Shown here piece by piece: positions 32,375 through 41,019 of a stretch of 50,260 bases of DNA (the stretch's first letter is position 1; the number at the start of each line of letters is the position of its first letter). Source of the stretch: Minisyncoccota bacterium (GTDB taxonomy: Bacteria; Patescibacteriota; Minisyncoccia; Phycocordibacterales; UBA2100); contig JARLIE010000236.1 of NCBI GenBank assembly GCA_031291875.1, positions 1-50,260 of the forward strand. The letters run 5' to 3'. Below the pieces are notes generated by a model, which was not told the DNA's origin, searched no databases, and worked only from the letters and a program-made list of their open reading frames with translations. A program made the translations under genes and the position numbers.

Positions 32375-35032
32375 CTACGGCAAAGTAACCGGGTATGAAC
32401 TAAGTGGATGCAGAGCACCTAGAAGATTCGCAGTATGGGTGCCATACATGGTATCGAATATGCCCGACCACACCTCACGCTCGTCAACCTCAGTATCCGT
32501 CCAATTGTTTGCATCGGTGCTGGGGTGAAGCGTCCCGATCATGGCCGGCCACTGCAAGAGGTTACTGATAACAACCATCCCTCCTGCGATCCCGTGATCG
32601 GTGCCGTCGTTGCCGTTGGTCTTGTCGGTCCTTCCGAACTCAGAGAACAATACGATTGTGAGTTTCCGACCTTGCGCTGATTCCGCGGTAAAGAGATTCG
32701 TCAAACCAGTCGTCAATGTTTGTATTTGGGAATCAAATTTCGGCTCTTCTTCTGCATGGAAATCATAGGAATCGTCTGCGTAGAGATAATAAACATCTCC
32801 GATATTGTGATTGATCAGATACTCGAGGAACGGCAGTTGTGTTTGGTTGGTCCCGCCTGGCGTCCCTTTTCCGCCTGCTGCCAAATTTTCTTTCGAGAGT
32901 TCGTCGAGGAAAAACGTTTGAGAATAAAAATCAGCTAATCCAGCGGGCAGATTTCGATCCGACAAAACTTTTTTGAGTGTCGCGAGCTGGCCTTTCGGAT
33001 TTGAATTGTCTGTCTTTAGTTCGGGATATAGCGCGAGATCCGCTGCACCCATTTGCAGGCTTTGGCTTCCCCGGTAGAAAATTGGCGGCGAGTCGGTGAG
33101 GGAGACCAAATTAAGTGATGGCTCGGCGCTCTTTAGAAGCGCGCCGATTCCATGACCGTTTGCGGAGAGGCCCGTTTCCATCTGGTCCGATGCGATGTCG
33201 TGGGCGCGTACTTGCCCGGGAAGTCCTACTGCGGTGATGAATGAGATAGTATGTTGCGCAATAAGCGGCTTGAACGCCGAAGCGGCGGGATTAAGCGCGT
33301 AATTTTTGCCAAGCGAGATCGCGTTTGCGGTGTTAAACGCCAGAGAGGCTCTATTCACTGCATATGCCGAGTCGCCTATGTTCGCGACGAGCTGTTGGTA
33401 GTCGAGTCCGCCGCGCACACGCACAATAACGAGCGACGATGAGGCGGAAGATAATTCACCCTGCGTTCTCATCGGCAACGCGGAAGGATTACCACCGTCC
33501 ATCACAAATTCCGGCTGGGCAATCATGATATTGAGAACACCGAGCATTCGACTGAAACTGCCCGGATCTTGCACATTCGTCACGGTCGCATCGGGAATGG
33601 TGTCGTTGTTGCTGAGATAATTTGAGAGATCATTCTCGACTGATGCGGGTAAGGCGACTCCATCATAGAGGACACCCTCAAGCGCTTTAACCAGCTGATC
33701 GGAATTACTGACTCCGCCTTGCGATACAAGGCTCGAGAAAAATTGCTTCTCGGCGTTTGCAGCATGCGGATCGCGAAGAATCCTGTCGGCGCCACCGATC
33801 CACGCGTCTAGGATGCTTCCCGAGAAAAATTCTATATTCGAGTCAAACCCCGGCCGTCCAAAGACACTCCCTGGATGGTGCGGATTGAAGGAAAGTGAAT
33901 AGAGAATCCCTTGATTCGGAACCACCGTATAGTCGTTTCGCCCAAATACCGCCGTATAGAAAGCTGCTACAAGCTCAAGCGGAGAACGATAGCGATCTTC
34001 TTGCATATATGCCGGCCGGTACATTATCGGCGAGGAAAATAGCCAAGTTAGCGAGGGCTTGATATTGAAATCATTCGCACGAATCTCAGACGCAAAGGTC
34101 GTAATATCTTGAGGCTCGGGGTTGTCGGAAACGTAATATTTAAGAATCTTGTATGAGAGAAACTCACTGATTTGCTCCTTGCGCTGAGTCACGATGTAAT
34201 CGATGGCCTGCATCGGATCGGAAAAACTCACGTTCTGCCCCAAAAACATCTTTTGGCCGTTGTAGTGGAATTTCGGATCAAACGTGACGGTATGCTTGTT
34301 CATGGTAGCGCGGTAGCCCGTCAAAAGATACGCGAGACTGTTCACGTCGGCATCGGAGTAGTTTGCTGTCGAATCGGTCGTATCAAGCGGAGTGTACTGT
34401 CCCATGAGAAACAGCTGCATGACTTCGCGGGAATAATTCTCGTTTGGATTTTTTGGATTCGAGCCGATGAGGTTGAGATACTTGCCCATCGCGTAGGAGG
34501 TCTGAACTTGCTTCAACAGGTCGATATAGTTGCCGTACGCACCGTTGTAGAGAATTTGATCGAGGGTTTGTATATCTTGATAGTCGATCTTGTCTACTGC
34601 ATCGCCCGGATCCACCTGCTGATCGACCGAGAAAATGTTTTCCCACAGATAATAGAGCTTGCGCTGTGCTCCGTTGGGATCGTGAATCAGCTCGTACGTA
34701 TAAATCTCTCTCTCAAGTACCGGGGCGGAAGTGGATGCCGTAGGCTGGGATTGCTCGAGTGCGTTCAGGCCGGCACTGTAGGCTACTTCTTCGTTCGGGT
34801 CTGGCGCGGCCAAGAGGATTTGTGCCGCAGCAAAAGCAGAACCTGCAGTGGTCAGGGCCTGGATTTGTGATGGGGTAGGATCAAGCAACACGCGATGGGC
34901 AAGATATGACGCCGTGGAGGCATCCCATACGACGGTCGTGCTTGGGGTGATTTCCGAACGGAAATGGATATACGCAAACACGAGTATGCCGATACTACAA
35001 AGTGCGCTCACGACATACGTGGTATATCGCAT
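32375..35032 (-). CDS. Fused DUF1800-DUF1501 protein with an N-terminal signal anchor (885 aa from M41)
   Basis: N-terminal half is DUF1800-like (…REVMQLFLMGQ…). C-terminal half is DUF1501-like (…GGLDYQQ…, LFSEFGRTDKTNGNDGTDHG). Start at 35032 gives MRYTTYVVSALCSIGILVF. Confidence 0.7.
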   Translation of the reverse strand: MRYTTYVVSALCSIGILVFAYIHFRSEITPSTTVVWDASTASYLAHRVLLDPTPSQIQALTTAGSAFAAAQILLAAPDPNEEVAYSAGLNALEQSQPTASTSAPVLEREIYTYELIHDPNGAQRKLYYLWENIFSVDQQVDPGDAVDKIDYQDIQTLDQILYNGAYGNYIDLLKQVQTSYAMGKYLNLIGSNPKNPNENYSREVMQLFLMGQYTPLDTTDSTANYSDADVNSLAYLLTGYRATMNKHTVTFDPKFHYNGQKMFLGQNVSFSDPMQAIDYIVTQRKEQISEFLSYKILKYYVSDNPEPQDITTFASEIRANDFNIKPSLTWLFSSPIMYRPAYMQEDRYRSPLELVAAFYTAVFGRNDYTVVPNQGILYSLSFNPHHPGSVFGRPGFDSNIEFFSGSILDAWIGGADRILRDPHAANAEKQFFSSLVSQGGVSNSDQLVKALEGVLYDGVALPASVENDLSNYLSNNDTIPDATVTNVQDPGSFSRMLGVLNIMIAQPEFVMDGGNPSALPMRTQGELSSASSSLVIVRVRGGLDYQQLVANIGDSAYAVNRASLAFNTANAISLGKNYALNPAASAFKPLIAQHTISFITAVGLPGQVRAHDIASDQMETGLSANGHGIGALLKSAEPSLNLVSLTDSPPIFYRGSQSLQMGAADLALYPELKTDNSNPKGQLATLKKVLSDRNLPAGLADFYSQTFFLDELSKENLAAGGKGTPGGTNQTQLPFLEYLINHNIGDVYYLYADDSYDFHAEEEPKFDSQIQTLTTGLTNLFTAESAQGRKLTIVLFSEFGRTDKTNGNDGTDHGIAGGMVVISNLLQWPAMIGTLHPSTDANNWTDTEVDEREVWSGIFDTMYGTHTANLLGALHPLSSYPVTLP

Positions 35033-35166
35033 AAGGTATAAAAATAGTAGCACGCTGCTTTGGTTAAGGGCTAAAGGAGGGATAGCGAATTCAAGCAGAA
35101 TTACACTCCTCCCATGTACTGCCGCAGAAGTTGAGGCCGCTGGATACTCCATCTAGCGCTAACATG

Positions 35167-35240
35167 TCCGCCCGCTTGGACTCGAACCAAGGACCGTCGA
35201 GGTATAAGCTCGATGCTCTAACCAACTGAGCTACGGGCGG
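35167..35240 (-). tRNA. tRNA with anticodon UAU (tRNA-Ile, AUA-decoding); CCA not encoded
   Basis: Manual cloverleaf: acceptor CCGCCCG/CGGGCGG, D-arm GCTC/GAGC, anticodon stem TCGAG/CTCGA, loop C-U-UAU-A-C, T-arm CTTGG-TTCGAGT-CCAAG, discriminator A. Confidence 0.88.
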
Positions 35241-35287
35241 GAGCGCACTGATTATAGACCGATTTGGGCATGGTACGCTATTTTGGT

Positions 35288-35533
35288 ATGGACCAGAGTG
35301 AGCAGGGGATCTGGAACTCGATCGTCCAAGTCTGCCTGCCACTCTTTACGATTGGCGGGTTCCTCCTGACCTCGCTGAAACTTCCTCAATACGGAGTGAT
35401 CGCGGGCTTGATCTCGCAAATTTTCTGGCTCTATGCGTCGTACCGAGCATGGAGGAAGGCCGACCAGCTCGGCATTTTTGCCAATACGGTCCTCTCGACA
35501 TTCATTTTCATATACGGTGTTATCAACTACTGA
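35288..35533 (+). CDS. Small 3-TM membrane protein (weak SemiSWEET/PQ-loop-like resemblance)
   Basis: Three hydrophobic helices, LPQ after TM1, FWLY...D..IFAN pattern. Confidence 0.5.
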   Translation: MDQSEQGIWNSIVQVCLPLFTIGGFLLTSLKLPQYGVIAGLISQIFWLYASYRAWRKADQLGIFANTVLSTFIFIYGVINY

Positions 35534-35625
35534 TTTATATGATAGAGGTTCGCCTTCAGTGATCCTGCTTCATGACGTGTGCATAGGCGCATTGCGCCCG
35601 CAGGGTCCCGTGCGAGAATGACCGC

Positions 35626-37323
35626 ATGAGAAAGCAGCTTTCATTTACCGGCCTTTTACTCGCGCTCTTTATTCCGGCAACCGCGCTTGCAGCACAGGCG
35701 CAAGTTTCCCTCGGCGTTAATTCAATCTCACCGTCGGTCGTTACCGTCAATCCGGGCGATACGGTCGTATGGGCCAACACGAGCGGCACGACGCAATCGG
35801 TCATCGGCAATAACAATTTGTTCCAAAGCGGCTCAATAGCGCCGAGCGGACAATTCGCCGCGACATTCAATACCAGCGGTACCTACAACTATTACGACAA
35901 CGCCAACGGCTCCGCGATCGTGGGCGAGGTGATCGTGAATGGAAACTCGAACGCTGTCTCAACGACCGCTACGACGCAATCGACGTATAACCCCAACGCG
36001 GGTTATTACACCAGCACTTCCGCAAACAATGGCGCGAGCATCGCCTCACTCACGGCGCAAGTGCAGGCACTCATCGCTCAAATCAATGCAATGCAGGGCA
36101 CGAGCGGTAACGCATATGCGGGCTCTTCGGGCTCGACCAATGTTGGCACGTGTCCGCAGATTGGTCGCGTTCTTTCGATGGGGGATACAGGAAACGACGT
36201 GGCGAGCTTGCAGCAATTCTTGCACATCTCTCCCGCGACCGGCTACTTTGGTTCGCTCACGCAAACGGCCGTCGAACAATGGCAAGCTGCTAACAACATC
36301 ATTTCGTACGGTTCTCCTTCGACCTCCGGTTACGGTGTCGTCGGTCCTCGCACCGCATCCGCAATTCGTCTCGCCTGCAGCGGCGGCTATAGCAACAATA
36401 CCGCAAGCACTGGTTCCGGTTCGGGTACCGGCAGCGGGGTAGTGAGTGGATTCTTGCAGGTATCACCAATCTCAGGTGCGGCGCCGCTTACGACCACGGC
36501 GACTGTTACGGTCAACACCGCAGCTTCCTGCGGAGGCGGAACGTACACGCTCGATTACGGCGATGGAACGCAGCCCCAGGTGATCACGCTCCAGCCGGGC
36601 ATCTGCTCACAGCAAAATCAGGTATTCCAACATACATATCAAAATGGTGGCACCTATACGCTAACGCTTTCAGCTGGTTCGCATTCATCGACGGCAACCG
36701 TCACCGTTTCCGGATCGTCCGCAGCCCAAGGTTCGCCGACACAGGCATCAGGCTCGATTAATGCGCTTGTCACAAGCGGCACAGCGCCGTTTTCGACCAC
36801 CTTCTATATCTCATGTGCTTCCGGTCTCGCATATGACGTTGTGTACGGCGACGGATCTGATCTCGGCTCGAACGGCGTCTCGCAATCCAACTGCGGCGGC
36901 TCGCTGCAATCGGTCGCGCACACGTACAAATCGCCGGGAACCTATAACGCGCAGTTGATCATCTTCGTTCGCAATTCGCAGGGAACTATCTCTTCGCAAG
37001 CTGTCGCGACACAGGGTATTACCGTCGGAAGCGCGTCGGCATCTTCCGGCAGTTCTAACTCCAACACGTACTCGGCGCCGACGCTCAGTCCGAACGTCAA
37101 CGGAAATCCACTCGCCGCATCGCTTCAATTCCAGATCGGGCCGTGCGCTTCGTATTCAATCAACTGGGGCGATGGCGCATCCTCTCCGGGTACGGGACCT
37201 TGCGGGGGCACCTCGAACACGACGCAAACGACGACGCATACCTATGCGAGTGCTGGAACGTATTCGGTAGTTCTCACTCGAGGCTCGCAGACCAATACCG
37301 TCGGCGTCACGATCACACAATAA
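35626..37323 (+). CDS. Secreted multidomain protein: cupredoxin-like domain, coiled segment, peptidoglycan-binding (PG_binding_1) domain, 3 PKD-like repeats
   Basis: Signal peptide. VTVNPGDTVVW.N...GTYNYY. LSMGDTGNDVASLQQFL...GYFGSLTQTAVEQWQ. Three W/YGDG...HTY..(G)TY repeats. Confidence 0.75.
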   Translation: MRKQLSFTGLLLALFIPATALAAQAQVSLGVNSISPSVVTVNPGDTVVWANTSGTTQSVIGNNNLFQSGSIAPSGQFAATFNTSGTYNYYDNANGSAIVGEVIVNGNSNAVSTTATTQSTYNPNAGYYTSTSANNGASIASLTAQVQALIAQINAMQGTSGNAYAGSSGSTNVGTCPQIGRVLSMGDTGNDVASLQQFLHISPATGYFGSLTQTAVEQWQAANNIISYGSPSTSGYGVVGPRTASAIRLACSGGYSNNTASTGSGSGTGSGVVSGFLQVSPISGAAPLTTTATVTVNTAASCGGGTYTLDYGDGTQPQVITLQPGICSQQNQVFQHTYQNGGTYTLTLSAGSHSSTATVTVSGSSAAQGSPTQASGSINALVTSGTAPFSTTFYISCASGLAYDVVYGDGSDLGSNGVSQSNCGGSLQSVAHTYKSPGTYNAQLIIFVRNSQGTISSQAVATQGITVGSASASSGSSNSNTYSAPTLSPNVNGNPLAASLQFQIGPCASYSINWGDGASSPGTGPCGGTSNTTQTTTHTYASAGTYSVVLTRGSQTNTVGVTITQ

Positions 37324-37324
37324 T

Positions 37325-38077
37325 ATGAAGACGCACGTTGCTCGTAGTATCGCCGCCGCAGTTATTGTGAGCGTCCTGCCGCTTTCGGCCGCAGCCCAAA
37401 GCACAACCGATATTTCAGCGGTATTGGCGCAAATCACCACGCTCGAACAACAAATAAAATTACTGACTGGTTCGTCCAGCACAGCGACCTCGACGCCGAG
37501 CACACCGGCTCCGTCTTCGACACCCTCGACGCAAGCATCTTGTCCTGATCTTTCGCGAACGCTCTCACTCGGAATTTCTGGCGCGGACGTTTCCGGTCTC
37601 CAAGTATTCCTGGCGCAAGAAGGATATTTCAATGGACTTACGACGGGCTATTTCGGTTCGCTGACGCAGGCCTCTGTAGCTGCTTGGCAAGAAAAGAACG
37701 GAATTGTGACCGGAGGCGATGCCAATTCGACAGGGCTTGGCGTAGTAGGCCCGAAAACGCGCGCCGCTATGGAAGCGGCGTGCGCTCCCGGGCAGGGAAC
37801 GACGCCCGCAAAAGCGCAGTGCATCCCGGCCCATCCTCCGACGCTTGAATGTTCGACTCAATGGCAACCCGTTCTTGATGCGAACGGTTGTAGCAGCTAC
37901 TACCAGTGCACGGTACAGCTGCCGCAATCCTCAACGCCGACCTCCTCGAATCCGAGCGCGACCTCTTCCGCCCCAGTAACGTGTCCGTTCGTCCAAAAGC
38001 CTACCTGCTCGGGTACTGTCACACCGTTCCAAACCAATGCCAATGGGTGTGTGATTTCGTACCAGTGTTCGATCTAG
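37325..38077 (+). CDS. Secreted protein: coiled segment, PG_binding_1 domain, duplicated Cys-rich C-terminal module
   Basis: Signal peptide. LSLGISGADVSGLQVFL...GYFGSLTQASVAAWQ. Two ...ANGCxxxYQC modules. Confidence 0.75.
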   Translation: MKTHVARSIAAAVIVSVLPLSAAAQSTTDISAVLAQITTLEQQIKLLTGSSSTATSTPSTPAPSSTPSTQASCPDLSRTLSLGISGADVSGLQVFLAQEGYFNGLTTGYFGSLTQASVAAWQEKNGIVTGGDANSTGLGVVGPKTRAAMEAACAPGQGTTPAKAQCIPAHPPTLECSTQWQPVLDANGCSSYYQCTVQLPQSSTPTSSNPSATSSAPVTCPFVQKPTCSGTVTPFQTNANGCVISYQCSI

Positions 38078-38089
38078 CGGCGAGTAACC

Positions 38090-40261
38090 TTACTCGCCGT
38101 GCAGTTCTCCGGCTATCTTTTCCACTCGCGTAAGCAGCGAGGATGATAGTTCACGGTGACTCGCCACAAGGCCTTGTGCCTCTTCGCGCGCAGCGCTGAT
38201 GAGACGCGGATTCTTGAGCGCCTCCATGCCGATGTCCGAGACACCCCATTGCGAGCGGCCGAATAAGTCGCCCGCGCCTCGATTTTCGAGATCGGCTTCC
38301 GCAAGCTTGAAGCCGTCCTGTGTGGAGGCAAGCGCCCGCAATCGTTTGAGCGATACGTCACTTTTTGTTTCCGCGAACAAGTAACAAAACGGCGTGTGCG
38401 ACGAGCGCATGACCCGGCCACGCAGTTGATGCAATTGTGATAAGCCGAATCGTTCGGCGCCCTCGATGATGATACTGGTCGCATTCGGAACGTTTACGCC
38501 GACTTCGACGACCGAAGTGGCGACGAGCAGGTCGATCTCACCTTCGGCGAAAGCTCGCATGACCTCATCTTTTTCCTTAGGCTTCATTGCGCCATGCAGG
38601 AGCCCGATCTTGAATTCGGGAAATACGTCCTTTTGCAAACGGACACTTTCGGCCTTTGCGGATTTCGCTTGAATCGCATTGAGTTTTTCCGGATCTGGCT
38701 CGTCGATGCGCGGACAAATCACGTACGCCTGACGCCCTTGCCGCAACTGAGAGCGAATGGCTTCGTACGCAAGCAGACGATCTTTGGCGGGAACGATGGC
38801 CGTCGTGATTTTCGCGCGACCCGGCGGCAATTCATCGAGCACCGAAATATCAAGATCGCCGTAGATCGTGAGCGCGAGCGTGCGGGGGATTGGTGTCGCC
38901 GTCATTGAGAGGAAGTGCGGCGCGGCATCACCCTTGTGGGCAAGGGCGCGACGCTGCCGCGTGCCGAAGCGATGTTGCTCGTCGACAATCGCAAGCGCGA
39001 GGTGCTGGAACTGAATTGATTTCTGGATGAGTGCATGCGTGCCGACCAGCATCGCGATCTCGCCATTTCCCACCCATTTCAAAAGTTGCGAGCGAGAAAT
39101 AGTCGTCGCGTTTCCTGGCGAGGACTTCGACGGGAATTTTTTGCATCCCGAACCGGTGATAAGTCCGATATTGATCGGGAGGTCTTTGAAATACTCAATA
39201 AACGATTCGAAATGCTGCTGCGCAAGAATTTCCGTCGGCGCCATATAGGCGACCTGCAGCGTTCCGCTTTGACGACCCGGCGGACGCGAGGTAACGGTCG
39301 CATAGGAAGCCGCCGCGGCAACAAGCGTCTTGCCACTTCCGACGTCGCCTTCGAGCAGACGAGCCATCGGACCAGAAGTACCTTTTTTTGAAGAAGCTGC
39401 TTTGTTGAAGTCGTCGCAGATTTCTTCGATGGCTCGCTTTTGCGCTCTGGTCGGCTTGAACAGGATCGAAGCGAGGAATCGCTGCGCGGAATCGAACGCA
39501 TCCGGAATACTGAAGGAGTGCTGCGCATCGTTGCTTGCTCGCTCCAGCGCCCGCGCGACCTGGATCGCGAAGATTTCTTCAAATGAGAATCGCTTTCTCG
39601 CCGCTTCGGCGTGCCGAATGTCGGTAGGCACGTGGATAAAACGAAGTGCGGAGGCGATGTCCGGCAGGTTGTATTTTTCGCGCGTTTGCGCCGGAATCGG
39701 ATCTTGCAGGGAATCGACGATGCCCGATTTTAGCGCTCGATCGATCGCGTGCCGAAACCAAAGCGAGGTAACACCCCGGCTTTCTGGATATACCGCAAAA
39801 AATTGCCTCTCGTCGTTTTCAGCTACCGGTTTGGAGAAAAGCCCTGCTTCGGCCGGGTCCGCGCCTTCAACATGCGGATTCGCGAGATACAGTTTGTTGT
39901 CCTTCCCGCCGACGGTGCCGACAGCTTTCACGAACATACCCTCGGTAAACTTTTTCGCTATATACGGCTGGTGGAACCACATGACTTTGACCGAGCCGCT
40001 GCCATCTTCGATCACTGCTTCGCCGATCGGAACTTTCCGCTTCCAGGATTTTCTCGTCTCAAGCTTTTTGATGGTGCCGAAGATGGTCGCTTCTTGGCCT
40101 GCCACGAGCCCGGCAATCGACTCTTCGGCGCCGGCCTCGTCGTAGCGTGAAGGGAAGTGGTAGAGGAGATCGAGGATCGTCGCTATGCCGAGTTTCTTGA
40201 GTGCGGAGAGCTGGATCGGCGTGAGACGCACGAGCGATGTCACCGGATCCGAAGGCTGCAT
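38090..40261 (-). CDS. recG: ATP-dependent DNA helicase RecG
   Basis: Wedge/OB N-terminus, GDVGSGKT, DEQHRFG, QLHQLRGRV motifs. Confidence 0.93.
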   Translation of the reverse strand: MQPSDPVTSLVRLTPIQLSALKKLGIATILDLLYHFPSRYDEAGAEESIAGLVAGQEATIFGTIKKLETRKSWKRKVPIGEAVIEDGSGSVKVMWFHQPYIAKKFTEGMFVKAVGTVGGKDNKLYLANPHVEGADPAEAGLFSKPVAENDERQFFAVYPESRGVTSLWFRHAIDRALKSGIVDSLQDPIPAQTREKYNLPDIASALRFIHVPTDIRHAEAARKRFSFEEIFAIQVARALERASNDAQHSFSIPDAFDSAQRFLASILFKPTRAQKRAIEEICDDFNKAASSKKGTSGPMARLLEGDVGSGKTLVAAAASYATVTSRPPGRQSGTLQVAYMAPTEILAQQHFESFIEYFKDLPINIGLITGSGCKKFPSKSSPGNATTISRSQLLKWVGNGEIAMLVGTHALIQKSIQFQHLALAIVDEQHRFGTRQRRALAHKGDAAPHFLSMTATPIPRTLALTIYGDLDISVLDELPPGRAKITTAIVPAKDRLLAYEAIRSQLRQGRQAYVICPRIDEPDPEKLNAIQAKSAKAESVRLQKDVFPEFKIGLLHGAMKPKEKDEVMRAFAEGEIDLLVATSVVEVGVNVPNATSIIIEGAERFGLSQLHQLRGRVMRSSHTPFCYLFAETKSDVSLKRLRALASTQDGFKLAEADLENRGAGDLFGRSQWGVSDIGMEALKNPRLISAAREEAQGLVASHRELSSSLLTRVEKIAGELHGE

Positions 40262-40373
40262 AGGAGGATTGTAGCGTCAGAAACGAATCTATCCACACCC
40301 GTTGCATTCTCGTCTTGCGCGAGACGACTTCGTGGATACTATAAGCGTGTTACGAAGATAACAATGAATTCGC

Positions 40374-40529
40374 ATGGTCTACGACGAGGATGAAAAGAAA
40401 AAACACCACGGTGACGAGGAAGAGACGTTCTCAAGCGACGCAATAGAAGAGGCTTTGGAAGAGGAGGACGAAGACGAGGACGGTTTTTCGGCGGCAGCAG
40501 ACGACGATACGGACGAAAAGTGGGAATAA
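40374..40529 (+). CDS. Candidate 51-aa highly acidic protein (not in the ORF track)
   Basis: ATG at 40374 to TAA at 40527-29: MVYDEDEKKKHHGDEEETFSSDAIEEALEEEDEDEDGFSAAADDDTDEKWE. A strong terminator follows directly. Confidence 0.45.
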   Translation: MVYDEDEKKKHHGDEEETFSSDAIEEALEEEDEDEDGFSAAADDDTDEKWE

Positions 40530-40536
40530 ACAAGCA

Positions 40537-40561
40537 GCAGCCCCGTATGGGGCTGCTTTTG
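40537..40561 (+). terminator. Rho-independent terminator (GCAGCCCC-GTAT-GGGGCTGC plus T4)
   Basis: 8-bp perfect stem and T-tract. Confidence 0.8.
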
Positions 40562-40604
40562 TATTTGATTGCACGCTCACCCGAAGCAGGAGTATACTTT
40601 CTTC

Positions 40605-40940
40605 ATGCAAACTATTCTGCGGTACTTAGGTACTGTCGCGGCGATCCTTCTCACGGTCTATATCGTGCCGGGCGTGGCGGTAACCGGCGGTTGGCTTAGT
40701 GTATTGTTGGCGGCCCTTGTTTGGTCGGTCATCACCCTGCTTATTAAGCCGGTGCTACGTATTCTCACGCTTCCTATCACGATCCTCACGTTCGGAATTT
40801 CCGCGCTGATCATCAATGCACTGCTTTTTTGGCTACTTGCGTTGGTTGTCCCGGGATTCGAGATCGCCGGGTTTTGGAGCGCGCTTTTGGGGGCAATCGT
40901 GCTTTCGATCCTCTCGTGGCTAATCCACATCGTGCTGTAA
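40605..40940 (+). CDS. Phage-holin-family-4-like (YvlD/PF04020-like) 4-TM membrane protein
   Basis: ...YIVPG..V.G.W..L.AALV.S.I..L.KP.L..LTLP...LT.G....I.NA.L. TATACT box 6 nt upstream of the ATG at 40605. Confidence 0.65.
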   Translation: MQTILRYLGTVAAILLTVYIVPGVAVTGGWLSVLLAALVWSVITLLIKPVLRILTLPITILTFGISALIINALLFWLLALVVPGFEIAGFWSALLGAIVLSILSWLIHIVL

Positions 40941-40946
40941 AAACAA

Positions 40947-40978
40947 GAAGCCGCGGAGTGCCGCGACTTCTTTGCTTT
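40947..40978 (+). terminator. Rho-independent terminator
   Basis: GAAGcCGCGG-AGTG-CCGCGaCTTC stem plus a T-rich tail. Confidence 0.65.
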
Positions 40979-41019
40979 AAAAGCGTTGTTCAGATCTAGG
41001 GTGAACGTCAACCGGTGTG

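Noticed and set aside
34172-34870. 232-aa plus-strand ORF inside the DUF1800-DUF1501 gene
   Set aside because: It is antisense to a 2.6-kb continuous ORF with family motifs.
39330-40145. 271-aa plus-strand ORF inside recG (also 39749..40150)
   Set aside because: It is antisense to RecG helicase motifs and has a shadow-ORF composition.
40339-40533. 64-aa minus-strand R/P-rich ORF
   Set aside because: It is the mirror image of the acidic-peptide frame. It would start inside the + strand terminator hairpin and has no SD. The + strand frame with its terminator is favoured, though neither is proven.
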